Shown here in pieces: positions 1-8,746 of a stretch of 64,000 bases of DNA. Both the position numbers and the translations under genes were made by a program. The number at the start of each line of letters is the position of its first letter. Positions within the stretch are counted from its first letter, which is position 1. Below the pieces are notes generated by a model. The model made no database searches, was not told the DNA's origin, and worked only from the letters and a program-made list of their open reading frames with translations. The stretch is from Candidatus Eiseniibacteriota bacterium (GTDB taxonomy: Bacteria; Eisenbacteria; RBG-16-71-46). The stretch is from assembly GCA_963744995.1 (NCBI GenBank), contig CAVUWA010000001.1:64001-128000 (forward strand), written 5' to 3'.

Positions 1-622
1 CGTCCACGGGGCGCACGGTCGCGAACCGCTCGCGGCTCGGGCCGCTGCGCACCACGATCACCCGTTCGGGCGACTTGCCGCCGCGCGTCATCGCCACCTG
101 GCGGTACGACTCGTTGGTCGAGATCACGAGGTCCGCGGTGCGGAACTGCGCGCGCTCGAGCATCCGCAGCGCGCGATGCGGCAGGCTGTTCTCGCGTGCC
201 GCGCCGAAACGCGCGATGTAGAGCTCCGGACACAGGTCGTGATGGTCGAACACGAAGCGCTTGCCGAACGGCTTGTAGAGCGCGGCGATGGCCCAGAAGG
301 TGTCCGGTGGGTTGGCGGCGTGGATCACGTCGAATCCGCGCCGGGCGAGGACCCGCAGCGAAAGGCCGAGGGTCTGCACCCAGCAGTAGAGGAATTCCCA
401 GGCGTACGAGACGAACCCGCTCGCAGGGGGAGGCGGCGGATAGCGCCAGATGTGGATTCCGTCGATGACCTCGTACGGCTCGGTCCACGACTCGCCCATC
501 GGGCAGATGGCGGAAACCTCGAAGCCGCCCGCGCGGAGCGCGTTCAGCTCCATCCACACGCGCCGGTCGAACGGCAGCGGCAGATTCTCCGACAGGTGGA
601 GGACCCTACCACGCAAGGCCAT
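1..622 (-). CDS. Glycosyltransferase family 4 protein (3' end runs off the window start)
   Basis: Not in the ORF track; translated by hand from ATG at 622: MALRGRVLHLSENLPLPFDRRVWMELNALRAGGFEVSAICP...FDVIHAANPPDTFW...FVFDHHDLCPELY. This is a GT4 N-terminal domain. The start overlaps the end of the upstream dehydrogenase. Confidence 0.88.
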   Translation of the reverse strand, partial: MALRGRVLHLSENLPLPFDRRVWMELNALRAGGFEVSAICPMGESWTEPYEVIDGIHIWRYPPPPPASGFVSYAWEFLYCWVQTLGLSLRVLARRGFDVIHAANPPDTFWAIAALYKPFGKRFVFDHHDLCPELYIARFGAARENSLPHRALRMLERAQFRTADLVISTNESYRQVAMTRGGKSPERVIVVRSGPSRERFATVRPVD

Positions 623-1922
623 GGTACTCGCACGGGCTGATGGTTTTCGGATCCACGGCATGCACGAGATCGACGAGGATCTGACCGGGTTTCATCATGG
701 ACCCGACCTCGCGATACGGCTTCGAGCCGTTGGCGACGACGATCACTTCGCTCTGCTCGACGACTTCCTTCATGTCGCGGCGCAGCCGCTCCGGGAGGTA
801 CGACACTTCGTTCTCCACGAAGCGCCGGTTGGCGCCGAGCAGGCGGTCGAGGTCCACGTTCGGATCGTGCAGGAGCAGGGTATAGCCCTTGCCGACCAGT
901 GAGCCGACCACGCGCAGAATCGGGCTCTCGCGCAGGTCGTCGGTCTCCGACTTGAACGACAGGCCGAGCACGCCGACGCGGCGGCGGCGCAGTCGCTCGA
1001 TCAGGTGGATGGCGTCCTCGACGTGCACGTCGTTCGAGCGGATCACGTTCTCGATGACGGGCACCTCGAGGCCGATCTGGCGGATGCGGGAGTGCAGCGC
1101 GCGCAGGTCCTTCGGCAGGCAGGAGCCGCCGAACGCGAAGCCCGGCTTCAGGTAGTAGCCGCTGAGGTTCAGCCGCGTGTCCCGCAGGAAGATCGACATC
1201 ACCTCGTGGCTGTCGATGCCCTGGCGCTTGCAGATGCGGCCCACTTCGTTCGCGAACGACACCTTGAGCGCATGGTAGGCGTTGTTCACGTACTTGAGCA
1301 TCTCGGCGGTGCGCACGTCGGTGCGTACGATTTCGCCGCCGATGCCTTCGTACACCGCCGCCAGGCGCTCCGCCGAGCGCGCGTCCTCGGCGCCGATCAC
1401 GGTGTACTCGGCGCCGAAGAAGTCGGAGACCGCGGTGCCCTCGCGCAGGAACTCGGGATTGTAGGCCACGCCGAACTGCTCGCCGGCGCGACCGCCTGAA
1501 GCGGCCTCGAGCACCGGCACCAGCTCGTCGAGCACGCTGCCCGGAAGCATGGTGCTGCGCATCACCACCACCGGGAAGCGCTTCGAGCCGCGCATCGCGG
1601 TGCCCACCTCGGTGCAGGCGCGCTTCACGTGCCCGAGGTCCAGGCTGCCGTCCTCCGCGCTCGGCGTGCCGACGCACACGAGCACGACGTCGGCGTCGGT
1701 CATGGCCTCGTCGATCCGGGTCGTCGCGCGCAGCCGGCCGGCCGCCCGCGATTCCGAGATCAGCCGGGTGAGATCGTTCTCGACGATCGGACTCTCGCCA
1801 CGCTCGATGCAGTCCACCTTGAACGTGCTGGTGTCCACCCCGACCACCTCGTGCCCGCGACTCGCCAGGCACGCCGAGCAGACCGATCCCACGTATCCCA
1901 GACCCACCACCACGACCCGCAT
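606..1922 (-). CDS. algD: Nucleotide-sugar 6-dehydrogenase, most similar to GDP-mannose 6-dehydrogenase (AlgD-like)
   Basis: GLGYVG Rossmann motif, CVGTPS, RSTMLPGS, NPEFLREG and the catalytic PGFAFGGSCLPKD. GGAGG lies upstream of ATG 1922. Substrate (GDP-Man vs UDP-Glc) is inferred. Confidence 0.85.
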   Translation of the reverse strand: MRVVVVGLGYVGSVCSACLASRGHEVVGVDTSTFKVDCIERGESPIVENDLTRLISESRAAGRLRATTRIDEAMTDADVVLVCVGTPSAEDGSLDLGHVKRACTEVGTAMRGSKRFPVVVMRSTMLPGSVLDELVPVLEAASGGRAGEQFGVAYNPEFLREGTAVSDFFGAEYTVIGAEDARSAERLAAVYEGIGGEIVRTDVRTAEMLKYVNNAYHALKVSFANEVGRICKRQGIDSHEVMSIFLRDTRLNLSGYYLKPGFAFGGSCLPKDLRALHSRIRQIGLEVPVIENVIRSNDVHVEDAIHLIERLRRRRVGVLGLSFKSETDDLRESPILRVVGSLVGKGYTLLLHDPNVDLDRLLGANRRFVENEVSYLPERLRRDMKEVVEQSEVIVVANGSKPYREVGSMMKPGQILVDLVHAVDPKTISPCEYHGLAW

Positions 1923-1983
1923 TCGTATCCTCCAGCCATGAGCCCTGCGCCGCCCCCTCGCGGGCGCGCGCGCGGTCAGAATG

Positions 1984-3459
1984 TCATTCGTTGCCGGGCG
2001 CAGGTTCCGGCGGCAACCGCCAGACCCGGACACCCGTCGTCCTGTAAGCGTCCGCGTCCGGAAAACGCGCCTGGATCCGCCGCGCGAAGCGGCCCTCCGG
2101 ATCGAGATCCTCCGGCCGGCTCAGCACGACCCAGGTGCCGTGCGCCACGGCGAGCACCGAGTCGAGCTTCGCATCCAGCGTCGCCCGGTCCGCCGCCCAT
2201 CCCAGCCAGAATGGCCGGACCGGCAGCGCGCCACGCATGTAGTACTCCATCGGCTCGTACGAGTACACCGCCAGCACCTGTTCGCCCGGTTGCGCGTGCG
2301 CGCGGATCACCGCTGCCGCACCGCGGAAGTCCTCGCGGCCGTAAACCGGGTCGAAGTACTGGTGCGTGAGCGACACGGCCCAGATCGCCCCCAGCGCCGC
2401 ACCGAACAGCCAGCGTCCGCGCGGCCTGAGGTCGGCGAACGCCGCGGCGAACAGCAGCAGCCACGCCGGCGCCGCGACGGCCACGTAGCGCGGGTGGAAC
2501 ACCTTGAAGTTCTGCACGGCGAAATAGCTCACCGCCAGCACCGGCGCGAGCATCCACCACAGCGCGTCGCCGAGCCGGCCGCGCCGCCGCAACGCGAGCA
2601 GCCCGAGCCACGCGAGGGCGCCGCACACGATCGCCGCGATCGCGATCGCCGGCGCATGCGCGCGCGCTGCGGCCACCGGCCCGCGCACGCGCATCTCGCG
2701 CAGCGAGGGTCCAAACGTGTAGCCCACCGAGAACGCATACGCCGCGAACGGCACCGCGCCTGCGTGGAAGGTGGTCTTGCCGCGCAGCGGCGCCTCCCGG
2801 GCGGGCGCCTCGCGCGTGGGCGACAGCCGGTTCCAGTCCCAGATGCCGAAGGACTCGACCAGCCACGGGCTCGCCATCACCAGCAGGACCGCCGCCACGA
2901 GCACGAGGCGCCTGAGCCGCGACATGCGACCTTCCCGGGTTCCCCACCAGTGGCGGAGGTGCAGCGGCGCGACGAAGGCGAACGACAGGTTGGAGAGCAT
3001 TCCCGCGGCGGCCGCGGCGAGGTAGGCGAGCGTCGAGCGCGCCGCCGGCCGTCGCACCACGTCCAGCAGCAGCGCCGTGGACACGCAGACGCACAGGATC
3101 AGCAGGGAGTAATTGCGGGCCTCCTGCGAATACCAGACCAGGAACGGCGACGCGGCGGCGAGCCACGCGGCGGCCACCCCCGCGTCGCGACCGAGCCACT
3201 TGCGGGCGAGCCACGCGAGCGCCGGAACCGTCAGCACGCCGAACATCATCGACGGCGTGCGTATCGCCCATTCGGCGTCGCCCGCCAGGCGCGTCCAGCC
3301 GTTCACGACCAGCGAGAACAGCGGCCCGTGCACGTTTTCGCGCAGCGCCTTCCAGCCGAACGACCCCGCGCCGCCCGCGCTGAACCAGGTGAACACCTCG
3401 TCGATCCAAAGGCTCTGATCTCCCAGACGAAAGCAACGCAACACCGCTGCCAGGAGCAT
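1984..3459 (-). CDS. GT-C fold membrane glycosyltransferase (GT39/ArnT/PMT_2-like)
   Basis: LGDQSLWIDEVFT acidic first-loop motif, HGPLF, EWAIRTPS, SPFLVWYSQEARNYSL, many TM helices and a C-terminal REDFRGAAAVI domain. Confidence 0.85.
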   Translation of the reverse strand: MLLAAVLRCFRLGDQSLWIDEVFTWFSAGGAGSFGWKALRENVHGPLFSLVVNGWTRLAGDAEWAIRTPSMMFGVLTVPALAWLARKWLGRDAGVAAAWLAAASPFLVWYSQEARNYSLLILCVCVSTALLLDVVRRPAARSTLAYLAAAAAGMLSNLSFAFVAPLHLRHWWGTREGRMSRLRRLVLVAAVLLVMASPWLVESFGIWDWNRLSPTREAPAREAPLRGKTTFHAGAVPFAAYAFSVGYTFGPSLREMRVRGPVAAARAHAPAIAIAAIVCGALAWLGLLALRRRGRLGDALWWMLAPVLAVSYFAVQNFKVFHPRYVAVAAPAWLLLFAAAFADLRPRGRWLFGAALGAIWAVSLTHQYFDPVYGREDFRGAAAVIRAHAQPGEQVLAVYSYEPMEYYMRGALPVRPFWLGWAADRATLDAKLDSVLAVAHGTWVVLSRPEDLDPEGRFARRIQARFPDADAYRTTGVRVWRLPPEPAPGNE

Positions 3460-3681
3460 GGCTGCGGCCAGGTTCCAACCGAAGACCGTCGGGGCGGTGT
3501 AGGGGCGGGGCGAAGCGGCGGGGCTCGGCGGGTTGGAGTGCGTCTCGCGAGTCCTCGTGGTGCTCCCTTCGCGTCAGGTTCTTGCCGAGAACGCCGGTTG
3601 CAACGTGGCTCGACGGCTCATCGCTGCGGAGTATCTCAACGACACCCCTTGCGCTTCGCACCGAGCGCTCTCAGGGAGAGC

Positions 3682-4572
3682 CTAATAGGCGCCGTCTCTC
3701 GAAATGACGGCGGGAATCGTCTGCAGCAGGATCCTCAGATCCAGTCCCAGCGACTGGGCGCGAATGTACTGCAAATCGAGTCGCATCCACTCCTCGAAGC
3801 CGATCCGGCTGCGGCCGCTGATCTGCCACAGGCACGTGATGCCGGGGCGGACGCTGAGGCGCTTGAGCTGCCAGGGCTCGTAGCGCGAGACCTCTTCGGG
3901 GAGCGGCGGGCGCGGGCCGACGAGGCTCATCTCGCCCTTGAGCACGTTCAGGAACTGCGGGATCTCGTCGATGCTCGTGCGGCGCAGCAGGCGGCCGATC
4001 CGGGTCACTCGCGGATCGTTGCTGATCTTGAACACCGGCCCGTCGCACTCGTTCAGATGGGCGACGTCCTCGCGCCGGTGGTGCGCGCCGTCGACCATGG
4101 AGCGCAGCTTGTAGAACGTGAACTCGCGGCCACCGAAGCCGATGCGCGACGACTTGTACAGCACCGGGCCGCGCGACTCGAGCTTGATCAGCGCCGCCAT
4201 CACCAGCATCAGCGGCGCGGTGACGACGAGCGCGAAGATCGCGCCGATCACGTCCATCGCGCGCTTGCCGAACCGCAGGTATGCCGTATCGGCGGGATGC
4301 GGTTCGACGAGCGGCGGATGGGCGCGCTCCCCCGGTGCGGGCAGCGCATGAATCGTCCACTCGGGCGCGGCGACCTGCGCCTCGCCGTTCGAGTGGCGCG
4401 GTGCGCCGAGCGGGCGTGTGGTGGCACCGGTCGAGCTCACGGTGCTTTCGGAAGGCGCGACGACGGCGAACATGCGCGTCGTGTCGCGTGAGGAGGAGGC
4501 GTCGCCGTTTGCGGTCCAGCTCGGCGTACGGCCTGTTGACTGTCCGGGGGTCGCGAGGATGTCGGGCTCCAT
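3682..4572 (-). CDS. Priming sugar transferase (Bac_transf; polyprenyl-phosphate phosphoglycosyl transferase)
   Basis: KRAMDV...PVLYKSSRIG...YKLRSM...DPRVTRIGRLLRRTSIDEIPQFLNVLKGEMSLVGPRP...RPGITCLWQISGRS...LDLQYI. The N-terminal ~90 aa is low complexity. Confidence 0.93.
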   Translation of the reverse strand: MEPDILATPGQSTGRTPSWTANGDASSSRDTTRMFAVVAPSESTVSSTGATTRPLGAPRHSNGEAQVAAPEWTIHALPAPGERAHPPLVEPHPADTAYLRFGKRAMDVIGAIFALVVTAPLMLVMAALIKLESRGPVLYKSSRIGFGGREFTFYKLRSMVDGAHHRREDVAHLNECDGPVFKISNDPRVTRIGRLLRRTSIDEIPQFLNVLKGEMSLVGPRPPLPEEVSRYEPWQLKRLSVRPGITCLWQISGRSRIGFEEWMRLDLQYIRAQSLGLDLRILLQTIPAVISRDGAY

Positions 4573-4601
4573 GGTGCCGTTCTCAAGTTGTAGTTGCCCG
4601 T

Positions 4602-4633
4602 AAAAAAACCGCGGGACGTACGATATCCCTCGG
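4602..4633 (-). terminator. Intrinsic-terminator-like hairpin in the 5' leader of the priming transferase (possible attenuator)
   Basis: The minus strand reads CCGAGGGAU-AUCGUAC-GUCCCGCGG followed by U7, ending ~30 nt before ATG 4572. Confidence 0.55.
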
Positions 4634-4857
4634 CTTAGGGCTCTCGCCTTGTCCGCAATAACCGGGTCCAGGACTCGTCGAGCACGAGCAACGGGGGAAA
4701 CAGCAAGATGTCAGATCCTCGGATGCAACTCCTGGCGTCGCCGCCAGGCTCCGAAACGCTTGCGGGCGCTCCGGCAGTCCCTACTGTAAAAACCCAGTTA
4801 TCAAGGCGCTTGAGAATGGCCTCCCATGGGTGCTCTGCTACCTGCCACCGAGATCAG

Positions 4858-4886
4858 AGGTTAGCAAAGCGATAACGCTGTGGCAA
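4858..4886 (-). promoter_or_regulatory. Putative sigma70 promoter for the priming-transferase operon
   Basis: Minus strand TTGCCA-N17-TAACCT with an extended -10 TG, in a locally AT-richer intergenic region. Confidence 0.5.
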
Positions 4887-5152
4887 GGATTTGCAGCACT
4901 TTGCGCCCACGGAAACGCCCGCAGCGGGGCCCCGGGGGGGGTCGCCTGCGCCCGCCGTCCATCATCCCCGTCCGAATGCGGCATCCTGCCCGGCCGGACC
5001 CCGCTGCGGGCGATCCTCCCGGGGGCCGGGCGCCGCGGCCCTGCCGGCGGAGCCCATGGGGCGTCCTCGTGACAGTCGGCGGACCGCCCGGCTATGCTCT
5101 ACGTTCTCGATCCTGTCTCGCGCCCTCCAATGCTCAGCCGGGAACCGTCTCC

Positions 5153-5923
5153 GTGCCGAAACTCTGGGCCGTTCTGCCCGCCTACAACGAAGAGCGCTCC
5201 CTCCCCGCCCTGCTCGAGCGCTACGTGGCCCTTGCGGGGGCGCTGGCAGCGCGCGGCACCCCGCTCCAGGTGATCGTCGTGGACGACGGCAGTGCGGACG
5301 GCACCATCGCCGCCGCGCGCTCGTTCGAGGGCCGCCTGGCGCTCGAGGTGGTGCCGCACGGCGTCAACCGCAACCTCGGCGCCGCGCTCCGGACCGGGCT
5401 CACCGAGGCCCTCGCGCGCGCCACCGACGACGACGTGATCTCGACGATGGATGCCGACAACACGCACGATCCGTCGATCCTGCCCGGCATGTGGGACCTG
5501 CTCGAGCGGGACCGGGCCGATGTCGTCATCGCGTCGCGCTATGCGCCCGGCGGCGAAGAGATCGGCCTCACCCGGCTCAGGCAGTTTCTCTCGCGCGGCG
5601 CCAGTTTCATGATGTCGCTGGTCGCGCGCGTGCCCGGTGCGCGCGACTACACCTGCGGTTTCCGCCTCTATCGCGCGAACACCCTGCGCCGCGCGCACGC
5701 GATCTGGGGCGAGCACCTGATCGAGGAGGCCGGCTTCACGTGCATGGCGGAGGTGCTGCTGAAGCTCGGCCGCGGCGGCGCGAAGGTCACCGAGGCGCCG
5801 CTGGTGCTGCGCTACGACCTCAAGGAAGGCGCGAGCAAGATGAAGGTGCTGCAGACCATCGGGCGCTACTTCGTGATGGCGACCCGCCTGCGCACGAACC
5901 CGATCCCGCGGGTCACGGGGTAG
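5153..5923 (+). CDS. GT2 polyprenol-phosphate glycosyltransferase (DPM1-like)
   Basis: VLPAYNEE, VVDDGSADGT, NRNLGAALRTG, MDADNTH, VIASRY, RDYTCGFRLYR. GTG start at 5153 was chosen at the domain start. Confidence 0.88.
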   Translation: MPKLWAVLPAYNEERSLPALLERYVALAGALAARGTPLQVIVVDDGSADGTIAAARSFEGRLALEVVPHGVNRNLGAALRTGLTEALARATDDDVISTMDADNTHDPSILPGMWDLLERDRADVVIASRYAPGGEEIGLTRLRQFLSRGASFMMSLVARVPGARDYTCGFRLYRANTLRRAHAIWGEHLIEEAGFTCMAEVLLKLGRGGAKVTEAPLVLRYDLKEGASKMKVLQTIGRYFVMATRLRTNPIPRVTG

Positions 5924-8018
5924 CGGCGCCCGAAGGCGCGGCATCCGGCGTCAGAGCCGGCGTCGGCGGGCGCGCGTTGACGTCCAGTGCCGAGTCCAGC
6001 GCCGCCTCCATGCGCATCACCCACGCGAGGCGGGTGCCCGCCAGATTCACGCGCTCATGCGGATCGGCAGCGAGGTCGTAGGCCTCGACCCGTTCGCGGC
6101 CGAGATCGAACATCACCTTGCGCCGCGCCACCGGGTCCACCAGCGCCGCCTGGCCGCGCACGGCGGGAACCCATGAGTACCGGCGCGAGAACCCGCGCTG
6201 CGGCAGGAACATGTAGATCGGCGTCTGCGGCAGCCGCCGGGTCGTGTCGCTGAGCGCGGGCCACAGCGAGCGCGACGGCGACGCGCTCGCATCGAGCCCC
6301 GCCGCCTCGATGAGCGTCGGGTAGAGGTCGCGCTGCGGCACGACCTGCGCCCGCTCGCCGGGAACGACGCCGGGGCCGCTCAGCCACAGCGGCACGCGCA
6401 CCGCCGGCTCGTAGAGCGTCAGATTGTGGTGGAAGTGACCGTGGCCCCCGAGTTCCTCGCCGTGGTCGGCGCTCACCACGATCAGCGTGCTCTCGGCCTC
6501 ACCGCTCGCGCGCAGCCGCGCCATCATGCGATCCACCAGCGGTTCGACGATGGCGAGCCCTTCCGCGTAACGGCGGCGCTGCGCCTCGGCGAAATAGGAA
6601 CGGGCCGAGAGCGGATTGAGCACCCGGGCGTGCAGCGGCATCCAGTGCACCCATACGAACGCCCGCCCGCCCGCGGTGAGCGAGTCGATCAGCGCGTCCG
6701 CCATGTGCGGGTCGCCGGACGCGTACCGTTCGATGTGCGGCCAGCCCCACGCTGCCGGCGCGAACGACGGATCGTCCACGAACGCCGCGACGCGGTATCC
6801 GGCCGCGGCCAGCCGCTCGGGCAGCCAGCCGACCGGCGGGCCGTGCCCGATCAGCCCCGGCTGCGCGGCATCGGCGAACAGCTTCTTGAACGTGTCACCC
6901 GTGCCCGATGCGGGCGAGTAGGCCGCGGCGAACGAGGCCGACCGCGACGCGAGCGAGTCCAGCGTCGGCGTGGGTGGACGACGGCGGCCAAGAGGGGTCG
7001 GCCGGTCCCCCCGCGAGACGTCCACGCGCAACGCGTCGATGGTGATGAACAGGATCCGCGGCACCGGGGTCTGGAACGGGGCCGTGCCGTCGAGCGCGGG
7101 CGGCGGGGCGGCCGCGTCACGCGCCGGCTCCGGCCGCATGCGGCGCACCCAGTGCGCGGGCCGGCGCGGGTCGAACGGCGCGGTGTCCCAGCCTGCCGTC
7201 AGCCAGGACGGCGAGAGCCCGTCGCGGTCCGCGTCCAGCCCCCAGGCCGTCGCGCGGATCGCGCGCCGTGACGTGACCCCGCGCGTCTTGGCGAGCGAAG
7301 CGATGCGCGGGCTCGCGTTCATGACGAAGTGCGTGGCGACCAGCAGCCCCGCGAGGGTGAGCAGAGCCGGCGCGAGCGGCGCGCGCCCGGGAGGCGGGCC
7401 GAGCAGCCGCACCGCCATCGTCGCCGTGAACAGGCTCAGCGTATCGAGCATGACGTGGACGCCGACGCTCGACTGGGGTGCGAACAGCACGTTCACCGCA
7501 TAGACCGCCGGCACACCCAGAAGCAGGAGCGCACCCAGGGCGCGCGCCGGTCCGCGCCGGGGCCCGAGCCAGCGGCGGCCAAGCGCGATGACCGCCGGCG
7601 TGATCGCGGCGCCCGCGACGCCGGCCGCGACCACCACCACCCAGCCGCGATCGAGCACCCGGTCGAAGCGCGTGGTGAGGGTCAGCGCGAGCAGCAGCCA
7701 GCCCGCAGCGGCCATCGCCCACGCGAAACCGAGCACGGCGTGGCGGGCCACCGCTGGAACGGCCGGGCCGGCGACGGCCGTGAGCCGTGCCGCGCCGGCG
7801 GCCACGGCCGCGATCACGCCCGCGACGAGTCCCGCCAGCATGACGAACGCGAGCATGACGACCCAGATCCCGAACGGTTCGAGCGCACCCGGCAGGAACG
7901 GACGCAGCGTGATCGCCCGCTCGCTGGCCTCGATCAGGCCGAGGATGGCCCCCCCGGCGAGGCCACACCAGAGCCAGTGGCGGATGCGGCCCGGCGCGGC
8001 GGGTCCGGGCCCGTTCAT
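5913..8018 (-). CDS. Multi-pass membrane protein with C-terminal sulfatase/alkaline-phosphatase-superfamily domain
   Basis: About 8 TM segments, then RILFITIDALRVD, AYSPASGT, FVWVHW, VVSADHGEELGGHG, LYEPAVRVPL and YDLAADPHERVNL. ATG 8018 overlaps the upstream stop (ATGA). Confidence 0.8.
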   Translation of the reverse strand: MNGPGPAAPGRIRHWLWCGLAGGAILGLIEASERAITLRPFLPGALEPFGIWVVMLAFVMLAGLVAGVIAAVAAGAARLTAVAGPAVPAVARHAVLGFAWAMAAAGWLLLALTLTTRFDRVLDRGWVVVVAAGVAGAAITPAVIALGRRWLGPRRGPARALGALLLLGVPAVYAVNVLFAPQSSVGVHVMLDTLSLFTATMAVRLLGPPPGRAPLAPALLTLAGLLVATHFVMNASPRIASLAKTRGVTSRRAIRATAWGLDADRDGLSPSWLTAGWDTAPFDPRRPAHWVRRMRPEPARDAAAPPPALDGTAPFQTPVPRILFITIDALRVDVSRGDRPTPLGRRRPPTPTLDSLASRSASFAAAYSPASGTGDTFKKLFADAAQPGLIGHGPPVGWLPERLAAAGYRVAAFVDDPSFAPAAWGWPHIERYASGDPHMADALIDSLTAGGRAFVWVHWMPLHARVLNPLSARSYFAEAQRRRYAEGLAIVEPLVDRMMARLRASGEAESTLIVVSADHGEELGGHGHFHHNLTLYEPAVRVPLWLSGPGVVPGERAQVVPQRDLYPTLIEAAGLDASASPSRSLWPALSDTTRRLPQTPIYMFLPQRGFSRRYSWVPAVRGQAALVDPVARRKVMFDLGRERVEAYDLAADPHERVNLAGTRLAWVMRMEAALDSALDVNARPPTPALTPDAAPSGAATP

Positions 8019-8746
8019 ACGCCCGCGACCGTCTCGCGACGGAACGCCACCACGTAGAAGCCGCCGAATCCCGCCAGCGGCCGGCTCAGCGCCCGCTCCA
8101 CCCCGCGCAGCAGCGCCCCGGCGACCGGCACGCGGTGCGCATATGCATGGGGCGTGGCGATCACCACACCGCGCTGCCCGATCACGCGCGCGCCCGCGGG
8201 CAGCAGCGCGCGAACTTCGGCGGGCGAGTGGTAGGTGGTGTGGACCTCGCGGTCGTGCGAGCCCTCCCCGATCTTCACCCGCCACCAGCGCGCCCTCTTC
8301 CACCAGACCCGCAGGCTGCGGGTGTTGTAGAACTCGAGTACGCCGACGCCGCCGACGTCGAGAACGCGCAGGATCTCGCGCAGGGCCGCATCGAGATCCG
8401 GGATGTGCGGCAGCACCTTGAACGAGTAGACCAGATCGAAACTGCGGTCCCGGAACGGCAGCTGCGTGGCCGACGCCTGGCCGACCGCGAGGTCACGGGA
8501 ACGCGCGTGCCCGAGCATGCCGGCGGAGAGATCGACGCCCACGGCGCGCGGCGCGAACGTCCGCACGCGCTGCAGGATCTGCCCGGTGCCGCATCCCACC
8601 TCGAGTACCCGTTCACCGCGGAGCCAGTGCCGCACGCAGGCGGTCTCGAGATCGTCGATGAACGCGTGATAGCCATCGCTGCGCGGCCGGTCGTAGGTCG
8701 TGCTGAAGTCGTCGTAGTAGCGGCGCGGATCCTTCATCTGGCTCAC
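8015..8746 (-). CDS. Class I SAM-dependent methyltransferase
   Basis: VLEVGCGTG, GVDLSAGML, SATQLPFRDRSFDLVYS, REILRVL. Confidence 0.9.
   Translation of the reverse strand: MSQMKDPRRYYDDFSTTYDRPRSDGYHAFIDDLETACVRHWLRGERVLEVGCGTGQILQRVRTFAPRAVGVDLSAGMLGHARSRDLAVGQASATQLPFRDRSFDLVYSFKVLPHIPDLDAALREILRVLDVGGVGVLEFYNTRSLRVWWKRARWWRVKIGEGSHDREVHTTYHSPAEVRALLPAGARVIGQRGVVIATPHAYAHRVPVAGALLRGVERALSRPLAGFGGFYVVAFRRETVAGV

Noticed and set aside
1981..4491. 836-aa plus-strand ORF and similar long ORFs (38900-41293, 58835-61156, 33751-35691, 21465-23054, 61188-63170)
   Set aside because: They are antisense or alternate-frame shadows of well-supported genes. They are Arg/Ala/Pro-rich with no recognisable motifs, as expected when stop codons are rare at very high GC.
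4881..4895. Possible sigma54 promoter TGGCAAGGATTTGCA
   Set aside because: GG-to-GC spacing is 9 nt rather than the required 10; the same bases fit a minus-strand sigma70 -35 better.
4934..4941. G8 homopolymer as a phase-variation tract
   Set aside because: It is short, intergenic, outside the putative promoter spacer and unremarkable at this GC content.
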